Shown: piece after piece, positions 55,985-64,000 of the stretch | Position numbering within the stretch: the stretch's first letter is position 1 | Layout of the letters: every line of letters begins with the position of its first letter | Assembly (NCBI GenBank): GCA_021850705.1 | Contig: JAJZKU010000001.1 | Span: 157 to 64,156, forward strand | Direction: 5' to 3' | DNA length: 64,000 nt | Source: Candidatus Micrarchaeota archaeon | GTDB taxonomy: Archaea; Micrarchaeota; Micrarchaeia; Micrarchaeales; CABMGC01 | The notes under the pieces: generated by a model | Database searches by the model: none | What the model was told of the DNA's origin: nothing | The model's input: the letters and a program-made list of their open reading frames with translations, nothing else | Position numbers and translations under genes: made by a program

Positions 55985-57304
55985 CTAAGCGGATAAAGAA
56001 ACCTTCCTTATAGCTTCTTCAAGTATGTCCAGGCCATTCTCCAATACCTTCTTGTCAATCTCAAGCTGAGGGATTATCCTTATAGAGCATTCTCCTGCAG
56101 GCAGGAGGACGAGTCCATGTTCAAATGCTTCCTTTATTATCCTGTTTCTCTCTTCGGTTCCAGGAGTCTTGCTCTTCTTGTCCTTGACAATCTCAATGCC
56201 GATCATCATCCCGATGCCTCTCACATCTCCAACTATCTCATACTTATCCTTCATTGCATCGAGGCGTTTCATCATTATTCTTGATCTTTCCTTTATTCCT
56301 GATTCTATCCTGTGCATATTCTTTCTCACATAACCAAGAAGGGCATCTGCACCTGCAGTTACAGTTGCATTGCCGCCGAAAGTATTCGCGTGCATACCCT
56401 GCTTCAGATCTCCAAGCGAGCTTTTTGTTACTGTAACTCCCATTGGCAGTCCTGCGCCTATGCTCTTTGCAAAGGTGTAGATATCTGCTTTAACGCCAAA
56501 GTTGTCCATGGCAAGGAACTTTCCAGTGCGCATATATCCTGCCTGTACCTCATCGTCAATAAGGAGCATTCCGTTATCATCTGCAATCTCTCGCAATCCC
56601 TTTATGAACTCCTTTGGAGGTACTACATAACCTCCCTCTCCCTGTACTGGCTCTACAAATATCGCGGCAGTCTCTTCAGGAGGTATCTCCTTTGCAAGAG
56701 GATACTTCTTAATGTAATCAAGGCATGCCATTCCGCATGAAGGGTATTCCTGCTTGAAAGGGCATCTGTAGCAATAAGCATAAGGTGCATGCACTACCGG
56801 GCCAAATGGACCAGAACCTTCACGTTGAACGGTTTTAGACGCTGTCATTGATAATGAACCGTATGTCCTGCCATGAAATCCTCCGTAAAATGCAAGGACA
56901 TACTTCCTTTTAGTGAATATCCTGGAGAATTTAAGCGCAGCTTCATTTGCTTCTGTTCCAGAATTGGAGAAGAAGACCCTGCCAAAGCCCTTTGGGAACA
57001 TCTTCAACAGGTTTTCCGCAAAGTTAACAGGACCTTCTGCATAATAATCTGTAAATGCATTATGCATAAGAAGCTCCATCTGCTTTCTTATCGCATCCCT
57101 TACCTCCTTTTTGGAATTGCCGCCGAAATTATATACTGATATGAATGTGGAGAAATCGATGAACCGGTTTCCAGAAATATCATAGATATAATCTCCGCTT
57201 GCTCTCTGTACAACAAGCGGAAAGTCCTCCTTTGTAGTAGTAATCATAAACTTTTTATCGCGCTCTATAGCACGTTTTATCCTACTATCAACCTTGAAAC
57301 CCAT
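55985..57304 (-). CDS. Class III PLP aminotransferase (acetylornithine/4-aminobutyrate type)
   Basis: GGFHGRT, LLIDDEVQAGYMRTGK and TFAKSIGAG (PLP lysine) motifs. Confidence 0.85.
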   Translation of the reverse strand: MGFKVDSRIKRAIERDKKFMITTTKEDFPLVVQRASGDYIYDISGNRFIDFSTFISVYNFGGNSKKEVRDAIRKQMELLMHNAFTDYYAEGPVNFAENLLKMFPKGFGRVFFSNSGTEANEAALKFSRIFTKRKYVLAFYGGFHGRTYGSLSMTASKTVQREGSGPFGPVVHAPYAYCYRCPFKQEYPSCGMACLDYIKKYPLAKEIPPEETAAIFVEPVQGEGGYVVPPKEFIKGLREIADDNGMLLIDDEVQAGYMRTGKFLAMDNFGVKADIYTFAKSIGAGLPMGVTVTKSSLGDLKQGMHANTFGGNATVTAGADALLGYVRKNMHRIESGIKERSRIMMKRLDAMKDKYEIVGDVRGIGMMIGIEIVKDKKSKTPGTEERNRIIKEAFEHGLVLLPAGECSIRIIPQLEIDKKVLENGLDILEEAIRKVSLSA

Positions 57305-57353
57305 GCTCTCACTAAGAATTAGGGCAAAAGAATTAATAAAGACTTGATAAAAG

Positions 57354-57623
57354 CTACTCCTTTATGCCTTCAAGCATGCTGAGTATATTCCATACTACCG
57401 TCCTTGCATAAGGCGGCAGGTTTATGTCATTGCTTATCTCGTCTACCTTGTATGTTGCGGTTCCGGCTCTTACTGAATACGCGTTGTTTTCCTGTTCAAG
57501 AGCGGCTTTGGCTTCACTAAGTGAGTTCTTAACATTTCTCGGAACGCTGTTATCATTGAGCAACGAGTCTATCTGTTGCTTGATTTGCGCAATCATCTCG
57601 TCAAATTCCTTATTATTTCCCAT
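57354..57623 (-). CDS. UPF0147-family small protein
   Basis: 89 aa with VPRNVK...SNDINLPPYARTVVWNILSMLE pattern. Confidence 0.65.
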   Translation of the reverse strand: MGNNKEFDEMIAQIKQQIDSLLNDNSVPRNVKNSLSEAKAALEQENNAYSVRAGTATYKVDEISNDINLPPYARTVVWNILSMLEGIKE

Positions 57624-57639
57624 AAGATCACTTTATGTA

Positions 57640-57728
57640 CGGGCCCGGCGGGACTTTCAGAAGGTCTTTTGAACCCGCGACCCTCAGATTAGAAGTCTGT
57701 CGCTCTGTCCAAGCTGAGCTACGGGCCC
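57640..57728 (-). tRNA. tRNA-Arg (anticodon TCT) with a 14-nt intron at 59/60 (intron = 57654-57667)
   Basis: 89 nt; removing AGACCTTCTGAAAG restores a 75-nt cloverleaf with T-arm GCGGG-TTCAAAT-CCCGC; a bulge-helix-bulge motif is present. Confidence 0.85.
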
Positions 57729-57735
57729 ATAAGTG

Positions 57736-58497
57736 TCAAATATAAAAAAACCTCTTCAGGTTCCCAGTTACCATAGAAGCCACATCATAAAAGCCAATGC
57801 CTTTCATTTTGGATATGAGTTCCAAGGTTTCCTTCACATCAGAAGGTTTCTGTCCGGCAACCGGGGAATCCGTCTCAACTACTATATTACCTATGTCAAG
57901 ATGCTTTATAATCTTTTTCCTGTTCGAGGTAAGCCTTGGTGGTATCGATATCAGGTGGCCCATGCCTGCCAGTTTCTGCGCCTCCTCAAGAGTACCATCA
58001 AAGAAGTGCATCATAAAACGCACCCCAGAAGACTCCTTCACAATATCTATGACATGCTTCATCATCCCACGCGAATGCACTACTACAGGTATCTCAAGTC
58101 CCTCAGCGATTTTAATCTGCTTTCTAAAGATATCCTTCTGCAGTCCAAGGTCATACTTATCAAGATACTTCACATCAAGTCCAACCTCTCCTATCCCTAT
58201 TATCTTAGGGTTTGCCCTTATCTGCATCTCGATATCATCTATCCTGTCAGCATCTTCTATAGCAGAAGGATCTATGCCTATTGTAGCAAATACGCCATCA
58301 TAATTGGTCATCTCAACCGCTCCCATGTTGCCTTCCACTGTACCTCCAGCCGTTATGATTATCCCAACTCCTTCTTCACGCGCCATCTCAATCGTCTCCA
58401 AAGGATGTTTGAAGAGTTCAAGATGGCAGTGTGCATCAGACATCTCTGCAATTTCTAGAAGATTTTCCTTTACCATCTCTTTGGAAAGTTGAGCCAT
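57736..58497 (-). CDS. tatD: TatD-family metal-dependent hydrolase
   Basis: DAHCHL start motif and subsequent H/E/D metal ligands of the TIM-barrel hydrolase. Confidence 0.85.
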   Translation of the reverse strand: MAQLSKEMVKENLLEIAEMSDAHCHLELFKHPLETIEMAREEGVGIIITAGGTVEGNMGAVEMTNYDGVFATIGIDPSAIEDADRIDDIEMQIRANPKIIGIGEVGLDVKYLDKYDLGLQKDIFRKQIKIAEGLEIPVVVHSRGMMKHVIDIVKESSGVRFMMHFFDGTLEEAQKLAGMGHLISIPPRLTSNRKKIIKHLDIGNIVVETDSPVAGQKPSDVKETLELISKMKGIGFYDVASMVTGNLKRFFYI

Positions 58498-58553
58498 TAA
58501 TACTACCTATTCTATAATTTTATGATTCAAACAGCAGACATGTCGTATACTTT

Positions 58554-58835
58554 CTACAAAGCTACATTCAAAACAACGGACACAAGATATAACGCAACAA
58601 TTATGACATAAACGAATATCAAAGCGTACAGTACCTTTGCAGACATTGGGGAGTTGCTGTGCAAACGTTCTCCGATTGCAGGATTTCCGGCGTTCCATCT
58701 AGTTGCTTCATTGGTGTTCATTGCAGCAAAGTCTTCAGCTATTGTAACTTCCTTTAGCTTTCTAAAACGCTTCTTATCCTTCATCTCATCTTTCATTAAC
58801 TTTTCAACCTTATCTATCTCGCTCTTTTTACTCAT
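58554..58835 (-). CDS. Small tail-anchored protein (hypothetical)
   Basis: 93 aa with a charged N-terminus and a single C-terminal TM (VLYALIFVYVIIVALYLVSVVL). Confidence 0.3.
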   Translation of the reverse strand: MSKKSEIDKVEKLMKDEMKDKKRFRKLKEVTIAEDFAAMNTNEATRWNAGNPAIGERLHSNSPMSAKVLYALIFVYVIIVALYLVSVVLNVAL

Positions 58836-58972
58836 AAAATAACCTTAATACCTAATAACGCCAGCTCTACTTAAATATTTGCATAACATAAATACAAGGT
58901 TACAAGAGAAAAATACCGATATATTATAAAATATGCACTGAAAGTAAATACTACATACTGTAGTTGTTAATC

Positions 58973-60022
58973 ATGGCAGTAAGAAAGCAAGACACTCAAA
59001 AAACGCTGACATCTTACAAGCGTACAATGCGAACGCTAAAGATAATCTCATCGGTTTCTTTGGCAGTAGCGATTATAGCAATAGCGATAGCGATGTTTGC
59101 TCTTGTAGAAGTAAGCCAGCACCCTGTGGCTCTTTCAAACCACACAACAAACACTACTACTAATGCAACTACGTTCGGATCCAGACTTGTAAACATAGAC
59201 CAGCCGCTTAACTCCAGCTCGCTCAGTGTAATAAACGATGCTCCAAACGCTTACTTCGAAAAGGCAGGCGAGATGTACCTTAACGGCTCTATAAAGAATC
59301 CTATAGGCTATCTGGTAGGTTCGTTGAAGGTAAACACAGTTAACGGCATTATAATCAATGGTAAGCCTTCTGTCATATACTTAGGATCAATAACCTGCGT
59401 GTTCTGCGGAGAGAACAGATGGGCAATGGCCCTTGCATTGTCAAGGTTCGGCACATTCAACCAACTTTATAAAGGATACAGCTCCCTCGGAGACAGCGAT
59501 GTGCCTACTCTGTACTGGAACAAGGACAACTACAATACTCCTGGGCTTAACCTGACTAACCATTACACCAGTCCTTACATAAACTTCATCACTCTTGAAG
59601 ACGAATACCCAATAACAGGAGGATTTGCTCTTCAGCCGATGTCCGTGATAGGGGGAGAGGTAAACAGTTCTAACAACCAGAGCGATATCGCAGCTTTCAA
59701 TCTGATAAACAAACTAAACAACTTCAACGGAACTCCATACACTATATGGGGCAACTATCAATTAGATGGTGCAGACGGCGTAGATTTTGGCAACACCACT
59801 ACAATCGTCGGAGGCTATCCTGAACTTACCTTCATGACTCATGCACAGATTCTCAACTCTCTAAACTCGCCTAACGACCAGTTTGCATGGTCAGAGTACG
59901 CTGCAGCAGACTTTTACACAGCGGAGATGTGCCTGACGTTAAACAATTCAACTCAGATCAGTGCATGCGGGCTTCCTGCAATAAGCAAGATAGAACAGCA
60001 GATACAGAAGGGCTCATTCTGA
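58973..60022 (+). CDS. DUF929-like extracytoplasmic thioredoxin-fold protein with a signal anchor
   Basis: N-terminal TM, an N/T-rich linker, then KPSVIYLGSITCVFCGENRWAMALALSRFGTF (beta-strand-CxxC-helix). Confidence 0.55.
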   Translation: MAVRKQDTQKTLTSYKRTMRTLKIISSVSLAVAIIAIAIAMFALVEVSQHPVALSNHTTNTTTNATTFGSRLVNIDQPLNSSSLSVINDAPNAYFEKAGEMYLNGSIKNPIGYLVGSLKVNTVNGIIINGKPSVIYLGSITCVFCGENRWAMALALSRFGTFNQLYKGYSSLGDSDVPTLYWNKDNYNTPGLNLTNHYTSPYINFITLEDEYPITGGFALQPMSVIGGEVNSSNNQSDIAAFNLINKLNNFNGTPYTIWGNYQLDGADGVDFGNTTTIVGGYPELTFMTHAQILNSLNSPNDQFAWSEYAAADFYTAEMCLTLNNSTQISACGLPAISKIEQQIQKGSF

Positions 60023-60040
60023 TCTTAACCGGTAATAAAA

Positions 60041-60559
60041 ATGGCAAAGAATACCAAAAGCGCTAAAAAATCCCACAAAAGGCCCAAGAAAAGCGCGATG
60101 AGCAGGGCCAAGAAACTAGTAACCATAGTTACAAAACCAATATACCTTGCTGTACTTATAGTCGCAGCAATAATTTACTATTATGTTTTCTACTATCTGA
60201 TAACAAGTAGCAATTATGGCCTGTTCCTTCTGACAGTTCCAATATATCTACTATATACATTGGTGATAACGTCTGCTCTACTTCTAACAATAGCTGTATC
60301 ATCTATCCATGGGGGAATAAAGTATGGGCGGGCAATCACGGGCAGTGTATCAGGCTCAATAATCCTGCTTGCAGGAGGCACAATAGCCAGCTGCGCGTGT
60401 ACTGTCCCAATATTCGTATCGCTATTATACATAGTCGGCGCAACCGTTGCGGATGTCACTCTGATAAACTTCTACATAAGCACATACCAGCTATATCTAT
60501 TCAGTGCGCTTATTCTGGCCAACATAGCACTCATATATCATTATCTTGGAAGACTCTGA
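60041..60559 (+). CDS. Polytopic membrane protein with an intramembrane C-x-C motif
   Basis: 172 aa with a basic N-terminus and ~5-6 TM; its only cysteines are in GGTIASCACTVPIF. Confidence 0.4.
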   Translation: MAKNTKSAKKSHKRPKKSAMSRAKKLVTIVTKPIYLAVLIVAAIIYYYVFYYLITSSNYGLFLLTVPIYLLYTLVITSALLLTIAVSSIHGGIKYGRAITGSVSGSIILLAGGTIASCACTVPIFVSLLYIVGATVADVTLINFYISTYQLYLFSALILANIALIYHYLGRL

Positions 60560-60574
60560 AAAACCCATTCGGTC

Positions 60575-60680
60575 TTTCCCAAGCAAAATTAATCCAGCTA
60601 TACATTTTTCTTCAAGCCTGAATCCAGCTGTTCCAATAAGCTACCATAAACCAGATACTGGGATGACGTTGCTTGGGAAA
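60575..60680. repeat. Perfect 12-bp inverted repeat enclosing 82 nt
   Basis: TTTCCCAAGCAA (60575-60586) is the reverse complement of TTGCTTGGGAAA (60669-60680); AATCCAGCT occurs twice inside. Confidence 0.7.
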
Positions 60681-60755
60681 CTCCTATAATGTGCCATCAC
60701 AAGCGCAAACTTTAAAAGCAATCACATATAACTTATTGAACGTGTAGTGTTTACA

Positions 60756-61958
60756 ATGCCGGACGATTCTACTTATCTGTATCCTCCAACTGCAGCACCC
60801 ACACAGCAGAATGACTCTGCCAACACATCTGTAGAAAGGCCTCTTGGAGTCACGCTTCTTGCCATATTATACGGTTTAGCTGGGGCGGCAGCATTTTTGG
60901 CATTTGTGTTTATAGGAATAGGAGTTTTTCTTAGCGTATTCACTGGTAACTACATAGGTATCAACGGGCAAGCTAACATTTTAACAGAGATAATAGCGTT
61001 CATAATCATACTCTTGGTTTTTCTGATAGCTGTTGTATTGCCATTTTATGTCTCTTACGGGTTCTGGTACGGGATAAAAACGGCATGGTGGATTGCAATA
61101 ATATTTACAGGTTTAGCCACTTTATTATCATTATTATCCCTTATATTACTAAATTTAACTGCCATAGTGTCTATCATAGTAGGAGTTCTGATAATTTATT
61201 ATCTAAATAATGAAGGTGTAACGGCATTTTTCGACTCGTATAACAAACCTCTTCCTCCAGAATTAATTAAGAAAAAGACATTCTTAATCGCTGTAGTGAT
61301 TGTAATACTCGTAATTGTAGGTTTAATCACATACCTCTCTTTTAACACAAACAATTCCACAGGAAGCAACGGTATTCCTGTAGGGGGAACCATAGGTTCA
61401 GGAATCCCGAACAATAACAGCGTTCAGCCTATTACAACCACCACGCCTGTGTATAAATATGAAATTACGCCAGGTCAGGTCTATGAAATACTCGGCAGGA
61501 ATTACACAATCTCATCTGCCTATGAAGACTTGAATGCCTCTACACTCGAATATTACGGGACAAACACGACAACCGGTGCTTTAATTAACACCTCAGTTAA
61601 AGATTACGGATACGGTTCAGTAACAATATCCGGAACAAACTCCTCCATAACTGTTAACTGGTACAAACTCGCCAATGTTTCAGCTGCAAAACAATACATT
61701 AAATATCCCAATCTACATGGTTCATTAAACAGTACAGGGATTGGAACCGGCAGATACGGGAATGCCAGCTATGCATATTATCCTAGTAACTACAGTAATA
61801 TGTGCGGATGCTATACTAACTATAATATAACATCTTACTTAGTTTCATATGACGGCTCATATGCAATAGCAATTATACCTGCTATGGCCAACGGGCTACC
61901 TTTAAACGAAGCACAAACTCTTCTAGAAACTCAACTCCAAGACCTGGGCCTATCCTAG
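60756..61958 (+). CDS. Membrane protein: N-terminal 4-TM domain (paralog of 23614-23991), a fifth TM, and an N/T/S-rich extracellular domain
   Basis: YGFWYGIKTAWWIAIIF...LIIYYLNNEGVTAFF matches the 125-aa protein; the C-terminal half carries many N-x-S/T sequons. Confidence 0.45.
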   Translation: MPDDSTYLYPPTAAPTQQNDSANTSVERPLGVTLLAILYGLAGAAAFLAFVFIGIGVFLSVFTGNYIGINGQANILTEIIAFIIILLVFLIAVVLPFYVSYGFWYGIKTAWWIAIIFTGLATLLSLLSLILLNLTAIVSIIVGVLIIYYLNNEGVTAFFDSYNKPLPPELIKKKTFLIAVVIVILVIVGLITYLSFNTNNSTGSNGIPVGGTIGSGIPNNNSVQPITTTTPVYKYEITPGQVYEILGRNYTISSAYEDLNASTLEYYGTNTTTGALINTSVKDYGYGSVTISGTNSSITVNWYKLANVSAAKQYIKYPNLHGSLNSTGIGTGRYGNASYAYYPSNYSNMCGCYTNYNITSYLVSYDGSYAIAIIPAMANGLPLNEAQTLLETQLQDLGLS

Positions 61959-62014
61959 CAAAAGCAACCTTTTTATATGTGAAAAAACTACCAAATGATA
62001 AGACGGCGAGTACT

Positions 62015-62941
62015 ATGGAGTTAAAAAACAAAGAGATAATAGTGACTGGAGGAGCTGGCTTCATCGGAAGCAATCTTGTTTCAGAACTTGCAAAGGATAA
62101 CAGCGTAACTGTTATAGACAATATGCATACCGGCACAGAAGCAAACCTCGCAGAAGACATAAGGAACAATAATGTGCGATTGCTAAAGATAGATTCAAAG
62201 GACATAAGCAAGGCAAACGTCGATCCTGACTACATATTCCATCTGGGAATGTACTCCTCAACACCTATGTACAAAGAAGATAACAACAGGGTACACGAAG
62301 TAGTTGAAGGAGCCGTAAAGGTATTCAAATACTCGATAGAAAAGAATGCAAAGACAGTATTCATATCCTCATCATCACTGTATAATGGCTTGCAGATGCC
62401 TTATTCAGAGGATCTGATGCCAAAGGTGACCGATTTTTACACGGAAGCTAGATACTATGTGGAAAGGCTGGCAGAACTTTACACCAATCTTTACAATCTT
62501 GACGCTACGGGGATAAGGCTGTTCTCTGTATATGGAAAAAGGGAGGAGAACAAGAAGCAGTATGCAAACCTTGTGACCCAGTTCATATGGGCGCTAAGGG
62601 ACAACCAGCCTGCAGTGATATACGGAGATGGAAGCCAGACAAGGGACTTTACAAACGCATCTGATGTAGTAAGGGCCGCAATACTGGCATCCTCATACAA
62701 AGGCTATGACATATTCAACGTAGGAACAGGAAAAAGCTATTCTCTGAATGATACTGTGAAGAAAATAAACGAGCTATCAGGAAAGGAGCTTAAGGTGCAG
62801 TATGTTCCGAACAAGATAAGCAACTATGTTACACACACTCTTGCAGACACTAGGAAATCAAAGGAGAAGCTGGGCTTCGAAGCAAAAATAAACCTGAATG
62901 ATGGCATCACGGAGCTCCTAAACCATTACGGCATTAACTGA
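62015..62941 (+). CDS. NAD-dependent sugar epimerase/dehydratase (SDR family)
   Basis: VTGGAGFIGSNLV Rossmann motif; length and pattern of UDP-sugar 4-epimerase-like enzymes. Confidence 0.85.
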   Translation: MELKNKEIIVTGGAGFIGSNLVSELAKDNSVTVIDNMHTGTEANLAEDIRNNNVRLLKIDSKDISKANVDPDYIFHLGMYSSTPMYKEDNNRVHEVVEGAVKVFKYSIEKNAKTVFISSSSLYNGLQMPYSEDLMPKVTDFYTEARYYVERLAELYTNLYNLDATGIRLFSVYGKREENKKQYANLVTQFIWALRDNQPAVIYGDGSQTRDFTNASDVVRAAILASSYKGYDIFNVGTGKSYSLNDTVKKINELSGKELKVQYVPNKISNYVTHTLADTRKSKEKLGFEAKINLNDGITELLNHYGIN

Positions 62942-62992
62942 TTTCCGAACACAAGAAAAGGAATATAAGCTTAATCTTGCCTATAGCCACAT

Positions 62993-63469
62993 ATGGCTAA
63001 ACTCTTTCCTCTAGGTACTGGGATAAGCAGGATGCGAGGAATCCTAAAGATAATAAAGGAGAATGACGACAAGATGGATCTCGCCAGACTTGCAGAGGAA
63101 TCCGAGATTGATATAGACTCTCTACTGCCTCTTATAGAGGTATGCGAGATGCTTGGATTTACCCATACTAAGGATTCCAAGATAAAACTTACCAAGGAAG
63201 GGGAGGAGCTAAACCTAAGAAACATGACCAAAATACTGCGGAACAAACTCAAAGCTATAGATCCGTTCAAAAGTGCAGTAGAACTGCTATCCAAAGGTGA
63301 ACTTACCTCAGACGAATTGTTTGAATCCATGGAATCGATGGGGCTTGTATTCCACGGTGAGAAAGCGATAAATAACGCGATGCTAAAAGGTCTTTTTGTC
63401 GACTGGGCTCTTAGGACAAAATTAATGAGATATGATCCTGAAAAGGATGTATGGTCTCTGCCTAGATAA
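62993..63469 (+). CDS. Stand-alone AAA-associated domain protein (the C-terminal domain of NitT/TauT-type ABC ATPases)
   Basis: LPLGTGISRMRGILKII...DLARLAEESEIDIDSLLPLIEVCEMLGF pattern; convergent with an ABC ATPase. Confidence 0.5.
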   Translation: MAKLFPLGTGISRMRGILKIIKENDDKMDLARLAEESEIDIDSLLPLIEVCEMLGFTHTKDSKIKLTKEGEELNLRNMTKILRNKLKAIDPFKSAVELLSKGELTSDELFESMESMGLVFHGEKAINNAMLKGLFVDWALRTKLMRYDPEKDVWSLPR

Positions 63470-63471
63470 CC

Positions 63472-64000
63472 TTAATCTGTCAGATCTGCGTATATGTCAC
63501 TCTCGGCTTTGCTGAACCATGCAGCTTTTCTATCCCTGGGCCTGCTATGCCTTATCTGCTCTATTCTTTTCAAGTGAGAAGGTTTTTTGGAAAGTACGAT
63601 TGCTCTATCTGAAAGCTCCACTGCCTCTTCAACATTATGGGTTACCATTATTATCGATTTTACAGAGATATCATTGCTCTTGAGCATATACACTATATCT
63701 GATCGCAGGTTTTCTGCGGTCAGTTCGTCAAGCGAACTGAAAGGTTCATCCATAAGCAGCAGATTAGGTTCAGAAGCTATTGCCCGTGCAATACCTACTC
63801 TCTGTTTCATGCCTCCGCTCAGGGAATTTGGATACTGCATACCAAGGCCTTCCAGCCCGAGTTTGTTCATAAGCCCTATTGCTATGCTATTTTTTTTATC
63901 TTCATCAAAATCCGTAAGAGATAAGCCAATCTTTATATTCTCAAGGTTTGTTAACCAAGGCATCAGTGCAAAATCCTGAAACACAAAGCCAATCCCGCGG
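63472..64000 (-). CDS. ABC transporter ATP-binding protein (NitT/TauT-like), N-terminus outside the window
   Basis: GIGFVFQDFALMPW Q-loop, LSGGMKQRVGIARA signature and LLLMDEPFSSLD Walker B; the frame is open to the window edge. Confidence 0.85.
   Translation of the reverse strand, partial: RGIGFVFQDFALMPWLTNLENIKIGLSLTDFDEDKKNSIAIGLMNKLGLEGLGMQYPNSLSGGMKQRVGIARAIASEPNLLLMDEPFSSLDELTAENLRSDIVYMLKSNDISVKSIIMVTHNVEEAVELSDRAIVLSKKPSHLKRIEQIRHSRPRDRKAAWFSKAESDIYADLTD

Noticed and set aside
57733-58458. A 241-aa ORF, plus a 168-aa ORF in a third frame, antisense to the TatD gene
   Set aside because: Its composition (very rich in H/Y/R/C) is unlike real proteins here, whereas the TatD frame has clear family motifs. 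Long antisense ORFs recur opposite many highly biased genes in this window (for example 35744-36244, 46615-47124, 49738-50244).

Overview
This window is a gene-dense archaeal chromosomal segment, roughly nine-tenths coding, and most of it is information-processing housekeeping. Replication and repair genes are RadA, gyrase B/A, an Lhr-type helicase, Orc1/Cdc6, an Mre11-like nuclease, a GINS subunit and both PolD subunits. Translation, transcription and RNA-processing genes are aIF2-alpha, TFE-alpha, RpoP, r-proteins L44e/L37Ae/L34e/L14e, HisRS, RNase P subunits and the exosome genes Rrp4/Rrp41/Rrp42 with SBDS. Protein-handling genes are the proteasome alpha subunit, a PAC2 chaperone, a thermosome subunit and prefoldin beta. 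There is also an AglB/GT4 N-glycosylation pair and ADP-forming acetyl-CoA synthetase. PolD, gyrase, a histone-fold protein, sequon-rich surface proteins and a tRNA with a T-loop intron together suggest a small-genome DPANN/Micrarchaeota-like or related euryarchaeal-grade lineage. That assignment is tentative and cannot be confirmed without a database search. RNA genes are four tRNAs (Gly-CCC, initiator Met, Lys-CUU, and Arg-UCU with a 14-nt intron at 59/60) and one candidate C/D-box sRNA in the leader of the histone gene. I found no rRNA, CRISPR array, integrase or recognisable defence operon. The only clear accessory DNA is an AT-rich ~1.3 kb insert at 11.0-12.6 kb. It lies between ~150-160 bp direct repeats of the speB/gyrB intergenic region and carries a truncated IS4-type transposase, a Pol-beta-fold nucleotidyltransferase and a frameshifted small ORF. 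Other candidates for new biology are all inference only. They are a DUF929 (CxxC) plus CxC-membrane-protein cluster, a translationally coupled Mrp-Orc1/Cdc6-Mre11 operon lacking Rad50, N-terminal extensions on TFE-alpha and AglB, and a membrane-anchored thermopsin-like protein. No complete, convincingly novel multi-gene system can be demonstrated from sequence inspection alone.
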